NCBI GenBank assembly: GCA_946414805.1
Contig: CAMKPZ010000002.1
Coordinates: forward strand, 302,617-366,616
Direction of reading: 5' to 3'
Source of the DNA: an uncultured Bacteroidales bacterium
Lineage (GTDB): Bacteria; Bacteroidota; Bacteroidia; Bacteroidales; Paludibacteraceae
Length of the DNA stretch: 64,000 bases
In this document: positions 48,890 through 57,795 of the stretch, piece after piece
Layout: each line of letters starts with the position of its first letter
Numbering within the stretch: position 1 is the stretch's first letter
Notes under the pieces: model-generated
The model's database searches: none
Told to the model about the DNA's origin: nothing
What the model saw: only the letters and a program-made list of their open reading frames with translations
Made by a program: the position numbers and the translations under genes

Positions 48890-50272
48890 TTATCGATCCA
48901 ATTGTTTCCGTACAAAATATGTGATGATGAAAGTGGTGATGCTGCAACTGTTTGCGATCCAGAAGAATGTGGAATACCCCACAGCAAGTTCCAGTTTGCC
49001 GGCAATAAAGCCTGGTATCATCATCGAGAGCGCCATAAAAGCCGTGCAGATCGCATAATGCGAAGTCTTGTACTCTCCTTCGGAGAAATGCATCATATAC
49101 ATCATATAGGCGGTGAAGCCGAAGCCGTAGCCGAACTGCTCGAAGCACACAGCAGTGCCGATGATCCAGAGCGATTCGGGTTGAGCCATGCTCAGATAGA
49201 CATATACGAAGGACGGTAGCGTCAGCGCCAATGCCATCGGCCACAGCGAACGCTTCAGTCCGCGGCGGGCAATGAAGATGCCTCCTAATATACCTCCCAA
49301 CAGCAGACAGATCACGCCGAACGTACCGTTTAACAGACCTACCGTGTCGGTGCTCAGACCTAAACCTCCGCCGAAGAGCTGGCCGTCACGGAGTGTCACA
49401 GCGCGATTATCGACAAGGAACGGCTGGCATAATTTAACCAGAAATCCTTCGCTCAGACGGTACATCAGCATAAATCCGATCGCTAACCACACTCCGCGTT
49501 TGGTGAAGAAAGTAGCGAATGCTTCTTTCAGCTCCTGCCACACCTGACTGCTGCTGATCTTCGTCCCGTCTGCTTTCATCCGGGGATGATCGGCTGCCGG
49601 ACGGGGCAGGAAAAACATATGGTATAGCGTCACAAGCAGCATCAACAGGCTGGTAGTGCCTATTGTCACACGCCATGAGAGCGGAATATCGCCAGTCCTC
49701 TCCTCGATAAGCCCTGCTATATACACCAGCACGCCCTGAGAGAAAACGGAGGCTATGCGATAGAACGTGGAGCGGATACCGATAAAGGCGGCTTGACTCT
49801 TCTCGTCATGTGCCAGCATATAAAAGCCGTCGGCTGCTATATCATGCGTCGCAGAGGCAAAAGCGGTGATAATGAACAATACCAAGGTCCATTGGAAGAT
49901 ACCTACGGAGGTTGTCTTGGTGGCTATCGTCTCTGCGGAGGGCGAGGGGAGAGTGAATGTCATTAGGATACTCAGCGCCGCGATCAGACCTTGCATTCCG
50001 ATGATCCACAGGCGTTTGGTGCGGAAGATATCTACAAACGGTCCCCATAGCCCTTTCAGGAACCACGGGAAATAGAGCAGGGTGGTGAAGAACGCCAACT
50101 GGTCATTGGGGACACCCATCTTGGCAAACATCATCACCGAGATGTTATTCACCAGAAAGAAGGGGATTCCTTCGGTGAAATACAGCGTTGGAACCCATGC
50201 CCAGGGAGACACAAAGGAGAGTCGCCCTTGACGGGCACTCTCCTTATTATATTCACGCGCGTGCGTATGCAT
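48890..50272 (-). CDS. ampG: MFS transporter, AmpG-like muropeptide permease
   Basis: 12-14 TM MFS pattern. N-terminal GIPFFLVNN…FPWFLKGLWGPFVD resembles the AmpG signature (GLP…FKFLWSPLMD). Confidence 0.6.
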   Translation of the reverse strand: MHTHAREYNKESARQGRLSFVSPWAWVPTLYFTEGIPFFLVNNISVMMFAKMGVPNDQLAFFTTLLYFPWFLKGLWGPFVDIFRTKRLWIIGMQGLIAALSILMTFTLPSPSAETIATKTTSVGIFQWTLVLFIITAFASATHDIAADGFYMLAHDEKSQAAFIGIRSTFYRIASVFSQGVLVYIAGLIEERTGDIPLSWRVTIGTTSLLMLLVTLYHMFFLPRPAADHPRMKADGTKISSSQVWQELKEAFATFFTKRGVWLAIGFMLMYRLSEGFLVKLCQPFLVDNRAVTLRDGQLFGGGLGLSTDTVGLLNGTFGVICLLLGGILGGIFIARRGLKRSLWPMALALTLPSFVYVYLSMAQPESLWIIGTAVCFEQFGYGFGFTAYMMYMMHFSEGEYKTSHYAICTAFMALSMMIPGFIAGKLELAVGYSTFFWIANSCSITTFIITYFVRKQLDR

Positions 50273-52311
50273 TATTGGAAATTAGCGCGGTTGTCTTTGA
50301 TTTCCGACTCGTCCTCTAATAATTGCAGAGTCTGCTGGTACTGCCATCCTATCGTGCGGTTAGCCAACTGAAGTTTCTCGTACTCCGGCTGGAAATCCTC
50401 GTTGGTGTTGATGGCTGCGCCGGCTTTCACTACGAACACGCCTGCTTTGCCGCCGATCACTTCGCTCAACTGGTTCTCGTCCAGAGCCAGAGTGGCGCCG
50501 ATCACTGCCGGTTCCATACCTGCGTTGCCGAAACGGCTGTCGTTCAGAGTCACGCGCTCGGTGTGCTGGATCGGCTGACCCAGAATAGTAGATACCTCCT
50601 CCAGGCTGCTAACGCCTTTCAGCTGCTTTGCTACGTATTGTGCTTTGGCTTTGTTGGTGGCTTCCAGACTCAACTGGCCGCGGAGGTCCTCCAGCGGACG
50701 ATACTCGCTCTCGTTAACCTCTTTGAGTGCGGCAATCACGATATACTGGTCGTTGTCGCAGCGGTAAGGCTCGTTGCATACTGCTCCTTCTTTGGCCTTG
50801 AATGCCCAGCGTACGATCTCGCGGGTGCCTTTGATGTTTCCTACTTTCTCGCTCAGAGCGGTCAGGTTGTATTGGGGAGTTACGGTGTAGCCTGCCTCTT
50901 GTGCTGCCTGCTCGAATGCCTCTGCGTTGTTATGCTCTGCGATGAATGCGGATGCGTTATTGTAGATGCCGGCACGCGTACGGTCGGAAGCGTCCACTGC
51001 ACGGCTCAGAATAGCCACTTTGGCTCTCGGACTCGCCTTGCTTACATCCATTACCTCGAAGCTCAGTTCGCCCAGACCGTGGGTCGCCGTGAAGCGTCCG
51101 CCGCGTTTGGTGTTCAGTGCCTGGTTGATGAAGTCTTTGCCCAACTGCTGTTGTGCGGCAAAGGCTTTCAGACGTGCCTCGTCCAGCCAGCCGATCTCTG
51201 TGTCCTCGCCGCCTTCTACGATCACTTTCAGCTCTACGGAATCAGGCACGCTGTAACCTACCTTCATGATACGCGCCATCGAATAGGTCTGGCCGTCGAA
51301 GAGCAGATCGGTGCAATCGCCTTCTTTTGCGCCCTTCGCGAACGCAAACTCTGCAAACTGTGCGGGAATAGTCTCTTTCGTATAGTCGCGGCCGTCATAG
51401 ACGATATCCGAGTTCGGGTTTACTACGATCGTCACGTCTTCTGCGGTGCGGAACTCCTCCTGCCAGCCTTCCATCTTGGCTTTCTCTGCCTCGAAATCCT
51501 CTGCGCTCGGAGTGATATTGAATACTATATATTCGATCGCGCGGGTGGGAGTCTGTTTGAACAGCTCTTTCTTCTCGTTGTAGAGTTTCTTGATATCGCT
51601 CTCGCTTACTTTTACCAGGCTGTCGGCGATCGTGTAATATGGTTGCATCACATACTCTGCGCTCACGCCGTGCTGGCGGTTGTTGAAGGCGAACTCCGCG
51701 TCAAGCGTGTTCACTTTCAGCAGGTGCTGGAGGATTGCCTCGTATTTCTCGCGCATATAGGTCACGCGCAGACGGTGCTCGGTGTCCAGCCAGAAGTTGC
51801 GGTTCAACTGGAAGCTCTCGCTCTGCTGCGTCTCTTCGTCTGCCTCGTTGAGCATGTTGATGAACTGGGCGATTCCCGTGCGGTTAACCTCGCCGTTCTC
51901 GTCCAGGAACGCCGGATTGCTGGCGATCATCTGGTGCGGCTTCTCGCCCAGACACAGCTCCGTCATCTCCTCCGAGGTCAGATCCATTCCGATCTTCTCT
52001 GCCTGCGAACGGATAATGTTCTCCTGCAGGAACAGGTTCCATACGGCGTAACGTACCTGAGTCTGGAAATCCTCGCTTTGGGCGCTCGACGGATATAAAC
52101 TCTCTAATTCTTTGATCGATGCGTCATACTCTGCGTAAGACAGTTTGTTGCCTTCTACAACTCCTACGGTCGTAGGATCTTCTGCTCCAAAGAGTTGGCG
52201 CAGAGCACTTGACTGGCTCAACGCATCTCCAAGGATAAATGCCAGCATTGCTACACCCACAATGATAATCAACAGGGTGCCATGATTTCTGATTCTTTGT
52301 AAACTTGCCAT
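50272..52311 (-). CDS. PpiD/SurA-like periplasmic chaperone (peptidylprolyl isomerase family)
   Basis: N-terminal anchor MASLQRIRNHGTLLIIIVGVAMLAFILGD is typical of PpiD-like proteins. 679 aa. I did not confirm a parvulin motif. Confidence 0.65.
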   Translation of the reverse strand: MASLQRIRNHGTLLIIIVGVAMLAFILGDALSQSSALRQLFGAEDPTTVGVVEGNKLSYAEYDASIKELESLYPSSAQSEDFQTQVRYAVWNLFLQENIIRSQAEKIGMDLTSEEMTELCLGEKPHQMIASNPAFLDENGEVNRTGIAQFINMLNEADEETQQSESFQLNRNFWLDTEHRLRVTYMREKYEAILQHLLKVNTLDAEFAFNNRQHGVSAEYVMQPYYTIADSLVKVSESDIKKLYNEKKELFKQTPTRAIEYIVFNITPSAEDFEAEKAKMEGWQEEFRTAEDVTIVVNPNSDIVYDGRDYTKETIPAQFAEFAFAKGAKEGDCTDLLFDGQTYSMARIMKVGYSVPDSVELKVIVEGGEDTEIGWLDEARLKAFAAQQQLGKDFINQALNTKRGGRFTATHGLGELSFEVMDVSKASPRAKVAILSRAVDASDRTRAGIYNNASAFIAEHNNAEAFEQAAQEAGYTVTPQYNLTALSEKVGNIKGTREIVRWAFKAKEGAVCNEPYRCDNDQYIVIAALKEVNESEYRPLEDLRGQLSLEATNKAKAQYVAKQLKGVSSLEEVSTILGQPIQHTERVTLNDSRFGNAGMEPAVIGATLALDENQLSEVIGGKAGVFVVKAGAAINTNEDFQPEYEKLQLANRTIGWQYQQTLQLLEDESEIKDNRANFQ

Positions 52312-52358
52312 TTTTTGTATTTAGTTAATAATTTTTTTGCTCGTATTAATCCGACGGA

Positions 52359-53333
52359 TTAGAAGTTCGGATTCGTGGATTGCTCTATAAATCCTTGAAC
52401 AGGCTCGCAGGTGCCGTTGTAGTTCTGGATCTTTGCGTTCACCAGTACCGTGTCGCCCGTCATCACTTGGTTGAGGTTGGTGAATTTGTTGTTCGCGCTC
52501 TTGTAGAACAGACGGTAGCAGGTCGCGGTCACATCGCCGTCCGAAGAGATATTGAAGGTCATGTTGCCGTAGTTGCTCAGCGTCTTGTCGTTCACGCTTA
52601 CTACCACGCCGCGGATCTTGTAACTCTCACTCGTCGTCTTGCCGGCTCCGATGCTGTCGCTGATCTCTTTCGCGCGGTTCACGCTGATCTCACCTTCGCC
52701 CGGCTCCGGACAACCCGGGAACGGCGGGAAGACTTCGTTGAAATGAACGTTGCTGGACGAATAGATAGCGCAAGTACCGTGGTTCTCAACTGTGCTGCTG
52801 CCAAATTTCAAAATCTGGCATTTAATCACCACAAAATCGCCAATCTGCAAAGCATCATGGTCTGGTAGAGGAGCGCCGTTCTTACCCAGAATACGGTAGC
52901 AGTAGAACTCTTTCGTACCTTTGCCGTCGTTGCGCGCTTTCAGATACACATAGTCGTTGCCGTATTGCGCAAACTTGCTCTCGAAATCTGATTTGCTGCG
53001 CTCTTCGTCGTTAAAACGGCTTACCCAACCTTTTATGTAGTACTCTTTTTCTGTTGGATATTTGTTGTCTTTATCTGAAGCAGGTAAATTCATACCTATC
53101 TTCACTGCCTCGTTCACATTGATCGTTCCTTCCGGTATTGCCACGCCTGCCGGATCCGGGGTCGGATCGGGATCGGCTATCGACGGCATGGTGTCGTTCT
53201 TCGTGATCTCGCCATCGCCGGGGGAGCTGATGTACGGACTTTCCTTGCAGCCGAAAAATACTAAGGCGGCCATTGTGGTCAAAATCAAAATACTCTTTTT
53301 CATATCGTTATTATTTTTCATGGTTTTATTCAT
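52359..53333 (-). CDS. hypothetical lipoprotein
   Basis: Signal plus lipobox MKKSILILTTMAALVFFGC. Candidate ATGs at 53333, 53321 and 53303, all downstream of the promoter at 53350-53381. The track start at 53423 lies upstream of that promoter. Confidence 0.6.
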   Translation of the reverse strand: MNKTMKNNNDMKKSILILTTMAALVFFGCKESPYISSPGDGEITKNDTMPSIADPDPTPDPAGVAIPEGTINVNEAVKIGMNLPASDKDNKYPTEKEYYIKGWVSRFNDEERSKSDFESKFAQYGNDYVYLKARNDGKGTKEFYCYRILGKNGAPLPDHDALQIGDFVVIKCQILKFGSSTVENHGTCAIYSSSNVHFNEVFPPFPGCPEPGEGEISVNRAKEISDSIGAGKTTSESYKIRGVVVSVNDKTLSNYGNMTFNISSDGDVTATCYRLFYKSANNKFTNLNQVMTGDTVLVNAKIQNYNGTCEPVQGFIEQSTNPNF

Positions 53334-53349
53334 GATCGTAAAAATCGTG

Positions 53350-53381
53350 CAAAGATACACTTTTTTTTTTACACGCGCAAA
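53350..53381 (-). promoter_or_regulatory. Bacteroides-type promoter (lipoprotein-ppiD-ampG-pssA-nuclease operon)
   Basis: Minus strand: TTTG (53381-53378), 20-nt spacer, TATCTTTG (53357-53350). Confidence 0.7.
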
Positions 53382-53416
53382 TAAATAAGGAAAAAAGTAA
53401 AAAAAAATGCATTTTT

Positions 53417-53448
53417 CTTGCATGTATCAATTTTTTGTAGTAATTTTG
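53417..53448 (+). promoter_or_regulatory. Bacteroides-type promoter of infC
   Basis: CTTG (53417-53420), 20-nt spacer, TAATTTTG (53441-53448). Divergent from the previous promoter. Confidence 0.6.
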
Positions 53449-53520
53449 TGCGCTTTTTCGATGGTAGGGCAAATTGTGCCTGCACGACAAGCATAAGTAT
53501 TAATCCGGAAAGTGGTGGCT

Positions 53521-53580
53521 GAGGGGCCTTCGGCTTTCGTCTTTGAGCGAAGCGGTCTTTCGACTTTCGACTTTCTACTA
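53521..53580. repeat. heptamer-periodic element with GAGCGAAGCGGTCT core in the infC leader
   Basis: GAGGGGCCTTCGGCTTTCGTCTTTGAGCGAAGCGGTCTTTCGACTTTCGACTTTCTACTA ends directly at the infC ATG. Confidence 0.85.
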
Positions 53581-54150
53581 ATGGCTAAAACTATAGCAAC
53601 TATTCCTCCTAGACCACGCGGTGGTCGAGTTATCAAAGAGGACCCGCATCGTATCAACGATAAAATCCGCGGAGTCCAGCAAGTTCGCCTGATTGGCGAC
53701 AACGTAGAGCAGGGTATCTACTCCTTCCAGCAAGCCCTGCGAATGGCCGATGAGCAAAATCTGGATCTCGTCGAGATCGCGCCGACTGCCACACCACCCG
53801 TGTGCCGCATCGTCGACTACCAGAAGTTCCTCTACGACCAGAAGAAAAAGCAGAAAGAAGCCAAGGCTAACCAGAAAAAGCAAGAGGTCAAGGAGATCCG
53901 ATTCGGCCCGCAAACCGATGACCACGACTACAACTTCAAGCTCAAGCACGCCATCGAGTTCCTCAAGGAAGGCAACAAAGTCAAATCGTATGTCTTCTTC
54001 CGCGGACGCTCCATCGTCTTCAAGGAACAGGGCGAACTCCTTCTCGCGCGTTTTGCGGCTGACCTCGCCGAGTATGGCAAACCCGATAACGTGCCGACCC
54101 TCGAGGGCAAGAGAATGATCCTCTTCATCAGCCCCAAGAGCCAGAAATAA
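53581..54150 (+). CDS. infC: translation initiation factor IF-3
   Basis: …[63 protein letters not shown]… is typical IF-3. ATG at 53581; the track start at 53512 reads through repeat DNA. Confidence 0.92.
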   Translation: MAKTIATIPPRPRGGRVIKEDPHRINDKIRGVQQVRLIGDNVEQGIYSFQQALRMADEQNLDLVEIAPTATPPVCRIVDYQKFLYDQKKKQKEAKANQKKQEVKEIRFGPQTDDHDYNFKLKHAIEFLKEGNKVKSYVFFRGRSIVFKEQGELLLARFAADLAEYGKPDNVPTLEGKRMILFISPKSQK

Positions 54151-54172
54151 CAGCCCCAAGAGCCGGAAATAA
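54129..54172 (+). repeat. 22-bp tandem duplication containing the infC stop codon (CAGCCCCAAGAGCCRGAAATAA x2, partial third)
   Basis: Read directly. Each of the two units ends in TAA in the infC frame. Confidence 0.9.
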
Positions 54173-54200
54173 CAGCCTCAGGTGCCCTAGAGCAAGGACT

Positions 54201-54299
54201 GTCCCGTGGTAATCCCGTGGTAATCCCGAGTCAATCTCGCATCCTACCCGCACCTATATATATTATAAATATAATATATATCCCGTGATTTTGATAAAC
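54201..54299 (+). repeat. about 100-bp dispersed element, copy 2, between infC and rpmI
   Basis: GTCCCGTGGTAATCCCGTGGTAATCCCGAGTCAATCTCGCATCCTACCC…A/T-only tract…CCCGTGATTTTGATAAAC. Aligns with 24037-24127. Confidence 0.8.
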
Positions 54300-54431
54300 T
54301 GCTGTTAAAATGTCGCATATCGCACCTCGTGTGCGCTTACATAACCGCCCGCAGGCCTACCTTTACTTTTTGCGCCGTGTGCGCATGGCTGCCTGACGGA
54401 CGAATTATTAACAATTAAATATTTATTCAAA

Positions 54432-54629
54432 ATGCCAAAGGTAAAAACGAACTCCGGTGCTAAAAAGCGTTTCACGCTTACCGGAACCGGTAAAATCAAG
54501 CGTAAGCACGCTTACAAGAGTCACATTCTGACGAAGAAGACTAAAAAGCAAAAACGCAACTTGACTCATGTTGCTATTGTTGATCAGACGAACATGCGCT
54601 CCATCCGCGAGATGCTGTTGCTTCGTTAA
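54432..54629 (+). CDS. rpmI: 50S ribosomal protein L35
   Basis: [36 protein letters not shown]…. Confidence 0.95.
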   Translation: MPKVKTNSGAKKRFTLTGTGKIKRKHAYKSHILTKKTKKQKRNLTHVAIVDQTNMRSIREMLLLR

Positions 54630-54660
54630 GTACTAACCATTAAAGTGAAAGGACAGAAAC

Positions 54661-55017
54661 ATGCCAAGATCAGTAAATCACGTTGCTTCGCGCAACCGTC
54701 GTAAGAAGATCATGTCGCTCACCCGTGGTAACTTTGGTGGTCGTGCTAATGTATGGACCGTTGCAAAGAACACGTGGGAGAAAGGTTTGCAGTATGCTTA
54801 CCGCGATCGTAAGAACAAAAAACGTAACTTCCGCGCTCTCTGGATCCAGCGTATCAACGCTGCCGCTCGTCTCGAGGGACTGAGCTACAGCCAGTTGATG
54901 GGTTGCCTCAAGAAAGCAGGAATCGTTATCAACCGCAAGGCGCTTGCCGACCTCGCTATGAACCAACCCGCTGCTTTCAAAGCAGTCGTTGATCAGGCGA
55001 AGAAAGCTGTTAAGTAA
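54661..55017 (+). CDS. rplT: 50S ribosomal protein L20
   Basis: [37 protein letters not shown]…[24 protein letters not shown]. Confidence 0.95.
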   Translation: MPRSVNHVASRNRRKKIMSLTRGNFGGRANVWTVAKNTWEKGLQYAYRDRKNKKRNFRALWIQRINAAARLEGLSYSQLMGCLKKAGIVINRKALADLAMNQPAAFKAVVDQAKKAVK

Positions 55018-55072
55018 TTCTTAATTATGAAGTAATCGGCATTCGCCATGGCGAATGGTTCTTACAAACCCA

Positions 55073-55099
55073 AGCTCGTTCACCGAACGGGCTTTTTTT
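55073..55099 (+). terminator. rho-independent terminator after rplT
   Basis: AGCTCGTTC-ACC-GAACGGGCT stem followed by TTTTTTT. Preceded by the perfect 18-nt palindrome CATTCGCCATGGCGAATG at 55040-55057. Confidence 0.75.
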
Positions 55100-55121
55100 A
55101 GAAAACAAAAAAATATCTTAT

Positions 55122-55475
55122 ATGGAAAACGAATCGATTGAACTCTCCTTGCTGGATCCGGAGGAGCGCGAATTGGTGGAGTTTGTGCTCAATGCCATTC
55201 CGGCGGAGGACCGCAAAGGCCTCTCGCCGGACGATGTCTTATACGTGCTTGACGCAATGGATGATTTCCTTGAGGAGCAGGGATTGCTTCAGGAGAACAC
55301 CCGGACAGGAGAAATGGAGTATCTTGACGGAGATGTCGATGAAACCGAACAGTTGAATTATGTCCTCAACGCCATCCGTGAGGACGGGCGTTCCATTTCG
55401 GCGGTGCAGGTACAGCTGATCCAGGATGCCGAACTCCAATACGGCATTGAGAAAGGTTATTACGAAGAGGACTAA
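55122..55475 (+). CDS. hypothetical small acidic protein
   Basis: 117-aa ORF with a strongly acidic, helical-looking sequence. No family recognised. Confidence 0.5.
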   Translation: MENESIELSLLDPEERELVEFVLNAIPAEDRKGLSPDDVLYVLDAMDDFLEEQGLLQENTRTGEMEYLDGDVDETEQLNYVLNAIREDGRSISAVQVQLIQDAELQYGIEKGYYEED

Positions 55476-55479
55476 ACCC

Positions 55480-55527
55480 CAATCACCAATTACCAATCAC
55501 CAATCCCCAATCCCACTTTGCAATCCC
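55480..55527. repeat. heptamer array (CAATCAC CAATTAC CAATCAC CAATCCC CAATCCC … CAATCCC) upstream of and overlapping the ribF start
   Basis: Read directly. Same unit family and same plus-strand orientation as 15295-15364. Confidence 0.9.
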
Positions 55528-56372
55528 GAATAGCAACTATAGGATTTTTTGACGGAGTGCATGCAGGCCATCGTTTCCTCTTCCGTCATCTGAACCAACT
55601 GGCGGAGGAGCGTGCTCTCTCTCCGTTGATCGTTACGTTTGATGTCCACCCGCGTGTGGTCCTTCAGAGTGACTACGTGCCGCAACTGCTTACAACGCCC
55701 GAGGAGAGAAAGCAGTTACTGCTGCCTTACGGTGAAGTGCTGATGCTTCCCTTTGAGGAGGTGCAGCCGCTGACGGCGGAACAGTTCCTGCTCCGTCTGA
55801 AAGAGCAATATAATGTCTCTGTCCTCCTCATGGGCTACGATCACCGCTTTGGTTCCGACCGTCTCCATTCCCGTCAGGACTACAAACGCCTTGGCGCACA
55901 GGCTGGCGTCGAAGTGATCTCGCTCGGAGAATATATTGACGGAGAACTGCATGTCTCTTCGACGGAAGTCCGTCAGGCGCTGGAGAACGGTAATATAGCC
56001 GTAGCGAACGAACTCTTGGGAAGGCCTTACAGCCTTACCGGAACAGTTGTACACGGTAAAGCGATCGGACGCACAATAGGTTTTCCTACTGCGAATATTG
56101 AACCGCTGAGTCCTCTGAAGATCATTCCTAAGCCCGGAGTTTATGCAGCGCAGGTAAACACCCCTACTATGGACGATGCTCCGGCGTTTGTGAATATCAG
56201 TGCGGATCGCCTGATAGAGGTGCATGTACCGTCCTTCAAAGGAGATCTGTACAACCAGCAGCTGGAGATCCGCTTCCTGCGCTTCCTGCGTGAAGAGAAG
56301 CATTTCGAGAATCTGGATGCGCTTCGGGAACAGATCAGGGATGATATTGATAGCACCCTGCGTCCGGCTTGA
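55518..56372 (+). CDS. ribF: bifunctional riboflavin kinase / FMN adenylyltransferase
   Basis: IGFFDGVHAGH nucleotidyltransferase motif and GFPTANIE riboflavin-kinase motif. TTG start embedded in a heptamer repeat array. The N-terminus is short relative to RibF as I recall it. Confidence 0.88.
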   Translation: MQSRIATIGFFDGVHAGHRFLFRHLNQLAEERALSPLIVTFDVHPRVVLQSDYVPQLLTTPEERKQLLLPYGEVLMLPFEEVQPLTAEQFLLRLKEQYNVSVLLMGYDHRFGSDRLHSRQDYKRLGAQAGVEVISLGEYIDGELHVSSTEVRQALENGNIAVANELLGRPYSLTGTVVHGKAIGRTIGFPTANIEPLSPLKIIPKPGVYAAQVNTPTMDDAPAFVNISADRLIEVHVPSFKGDLYNQQLEIRFLRFLREEKHFENLDALREQIRDDIDSTLRPA

Positions 56373-57795
56373 CGCCTGATCTGGAGAAACCCTCGCGGTC
56401 CGTAGGATAGGGGAGTGCTACAAGGCTGTCGCCGATCCCTATTGCCGGACTGAGCGAATCAAGGCGGAAATCATAATAGACATATTCCTTGTATCGGTAG
56501 AATGTATTGCGGAAGACCTGCGTTGTGTCGGTCTTCTGCCAATACACGTTTTCCGAAGCATGCGGCATTCCTAATGTATCGGTCTTGAGATAATTGCCGC
56601 TCCACACGCCCGGATAATAGCGGTCGAACGGAGTTGCCACCACTAATTGATTACCGGTATAGCCGGTAATGATACTATTGTAGAACGAAGTCGTGGTGAA
56701 GGGTTCGCTCTTTGCCAGATTATCAATATATACCGCTGCAGCGTCTTCTTTGTCGGTCGACTGGATGCGTATGTTCGTGAACCCGAAATAGGAAGCGATT
56801 GTGGAGTGTATAAACGTGTGTTCGCCGCCCGAGCAATAGACGCAGTACGAAGCGCAGTTGCTGATCTCTGTATTCGTCACCAGCGCATCTACATGGTTCA
56901 GCACTAATCCGTATAACGCATGGTTGTGAATGCGGCAGCCGTCCATCCGGAGCGAAGGAAGAGAAGCCGTGCAGGTGCTCATGCAATATAAACCTACCTT
57001 GCCGGACAGAATATCTACATACGAGAAAGAGTATTCATGCGTCTCTTCGGCTTGGATGTAGAATCCGTCCCAACTGCCGCCCGCATACAGATAAGGCACG
57101 CTGTCGAAAAGCCGGTCGAGTCTGTCTCCGCGAATGAGAACAGGCGCTTCTCTTGTGCCTGCTGCCTCTACATCGCCCAAGGCTACAATACAGGCTCCGG
57201 CGTGCATATAGACCGTTGCGCCGGGACTGATTGTCAGTTTGCCTCCTACAACCAGCGTGTCGAAGATCAGGTAAGGTCTCTCTGCGCTCAATGTCAGATC
57301 GCCTGCTTCTTCTGTCCGTCCGCATCCTACACGGCCGATACGCGTCACGTTCTGGCCGTATGCCTCTAACAGAACCTCTTGCGTCACGCCGCTCTGCAAA
57401 TGAAAATGCAGCAGATCCTCTATCCGTACCGGACTGTCTTCCGTCATCTTGCCGAAATCGGTTACCCGGATGAAGACAAACAGACTGTCGCCTCCGTTGA
57501 TCTGCAGACGGGTGATGCGGCTCAGATCCGCCTCGCCGTCCATGTTCACGCGGAAAGCCTCTCCGTCCTCCAGCCATACGCGGTCAATTAGGATCGCAGA
57601 GGCATTGCGGTTATAGACCTTCAGCTGCATGGTCGCGCTTCCTTGCTCTGTGAAAAGAGTGTCAAACCGGACTGTGTCTGCCGAGAAGGACAGACGCAGC
57701 GACGGATCATCGCTTACTTGGTACTCGCGGCAGCCTGACAGGAAAAGAACAACAGACAGCGAAATCCAGACAAAGATGATTTGGGCTTTTTTCAT
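56335..57795 (-). CDS. hypothetical lipoprotein, probably right-handed beta-helix fold
   Basis: Signal plus lipobox MKKAQIIFVWISLSVVLFLSGC. Later repeats (…HNHALYGLVLNHVDALVTNTEISNCASYCVYCSGGEHTFIHS…) suggest a parallel beta-helix. 3' end overlaps ribF convergently by 38 nt. Confidence 0.5.
   Translation of the reverse strand: MKKAQIIFVWISLSVVLFLSGCREYQVSDDPSLRLSFSADTVRFDTLFTEQGSATMQLKVYNRNASAILIDRVWLEDGEAFRVNMDGEADLSRITRLQINGGDSLFVFIRVTDFGKMTEDSPVRIEDLLHFHLQSGVTQEVLLEAYGQNVTRIGRVGCGRTEEAGDLTLSAERPYLIFDTLVVGGKLTISPGATVYMHAGACIVALGDVEAAGTREAPVLIRGDRLDRLFDSVPYLYAGGSWDGFYIQAEETHEYSFSYVDILSGKVGLYCMSTCTASLPSLRMDGCRIHNHALYGLVLNHVDALVTNTEISNCASYCVYCSGGEHTFIHSTIASYFGFTNIRIQSTDKEDAAAVYIDNLAKSEPFTTTSFYNSIITGYTGNQLVVATPFDRYYPGVWSGNYLKTDTLGMPHASENVYWQKTDTTQVFRNTFYRYKEYVYYDFRLDSLSPAIGIGDSLVALPYPTDREGFSRSGVKPDAGCYQYHP

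Noticed and set aside
50323-52098. 591-aa plus-strand ORF antisense to the PpiD-like gene
   Set aside because: It lies entirely opposite a recognisable conserved gene. The sequence is Leu/Arg/Val/Cys-rich with no motif, no promoter and no start context. This is the typical long antisense ORF of moderately GC-rich coding DNA.
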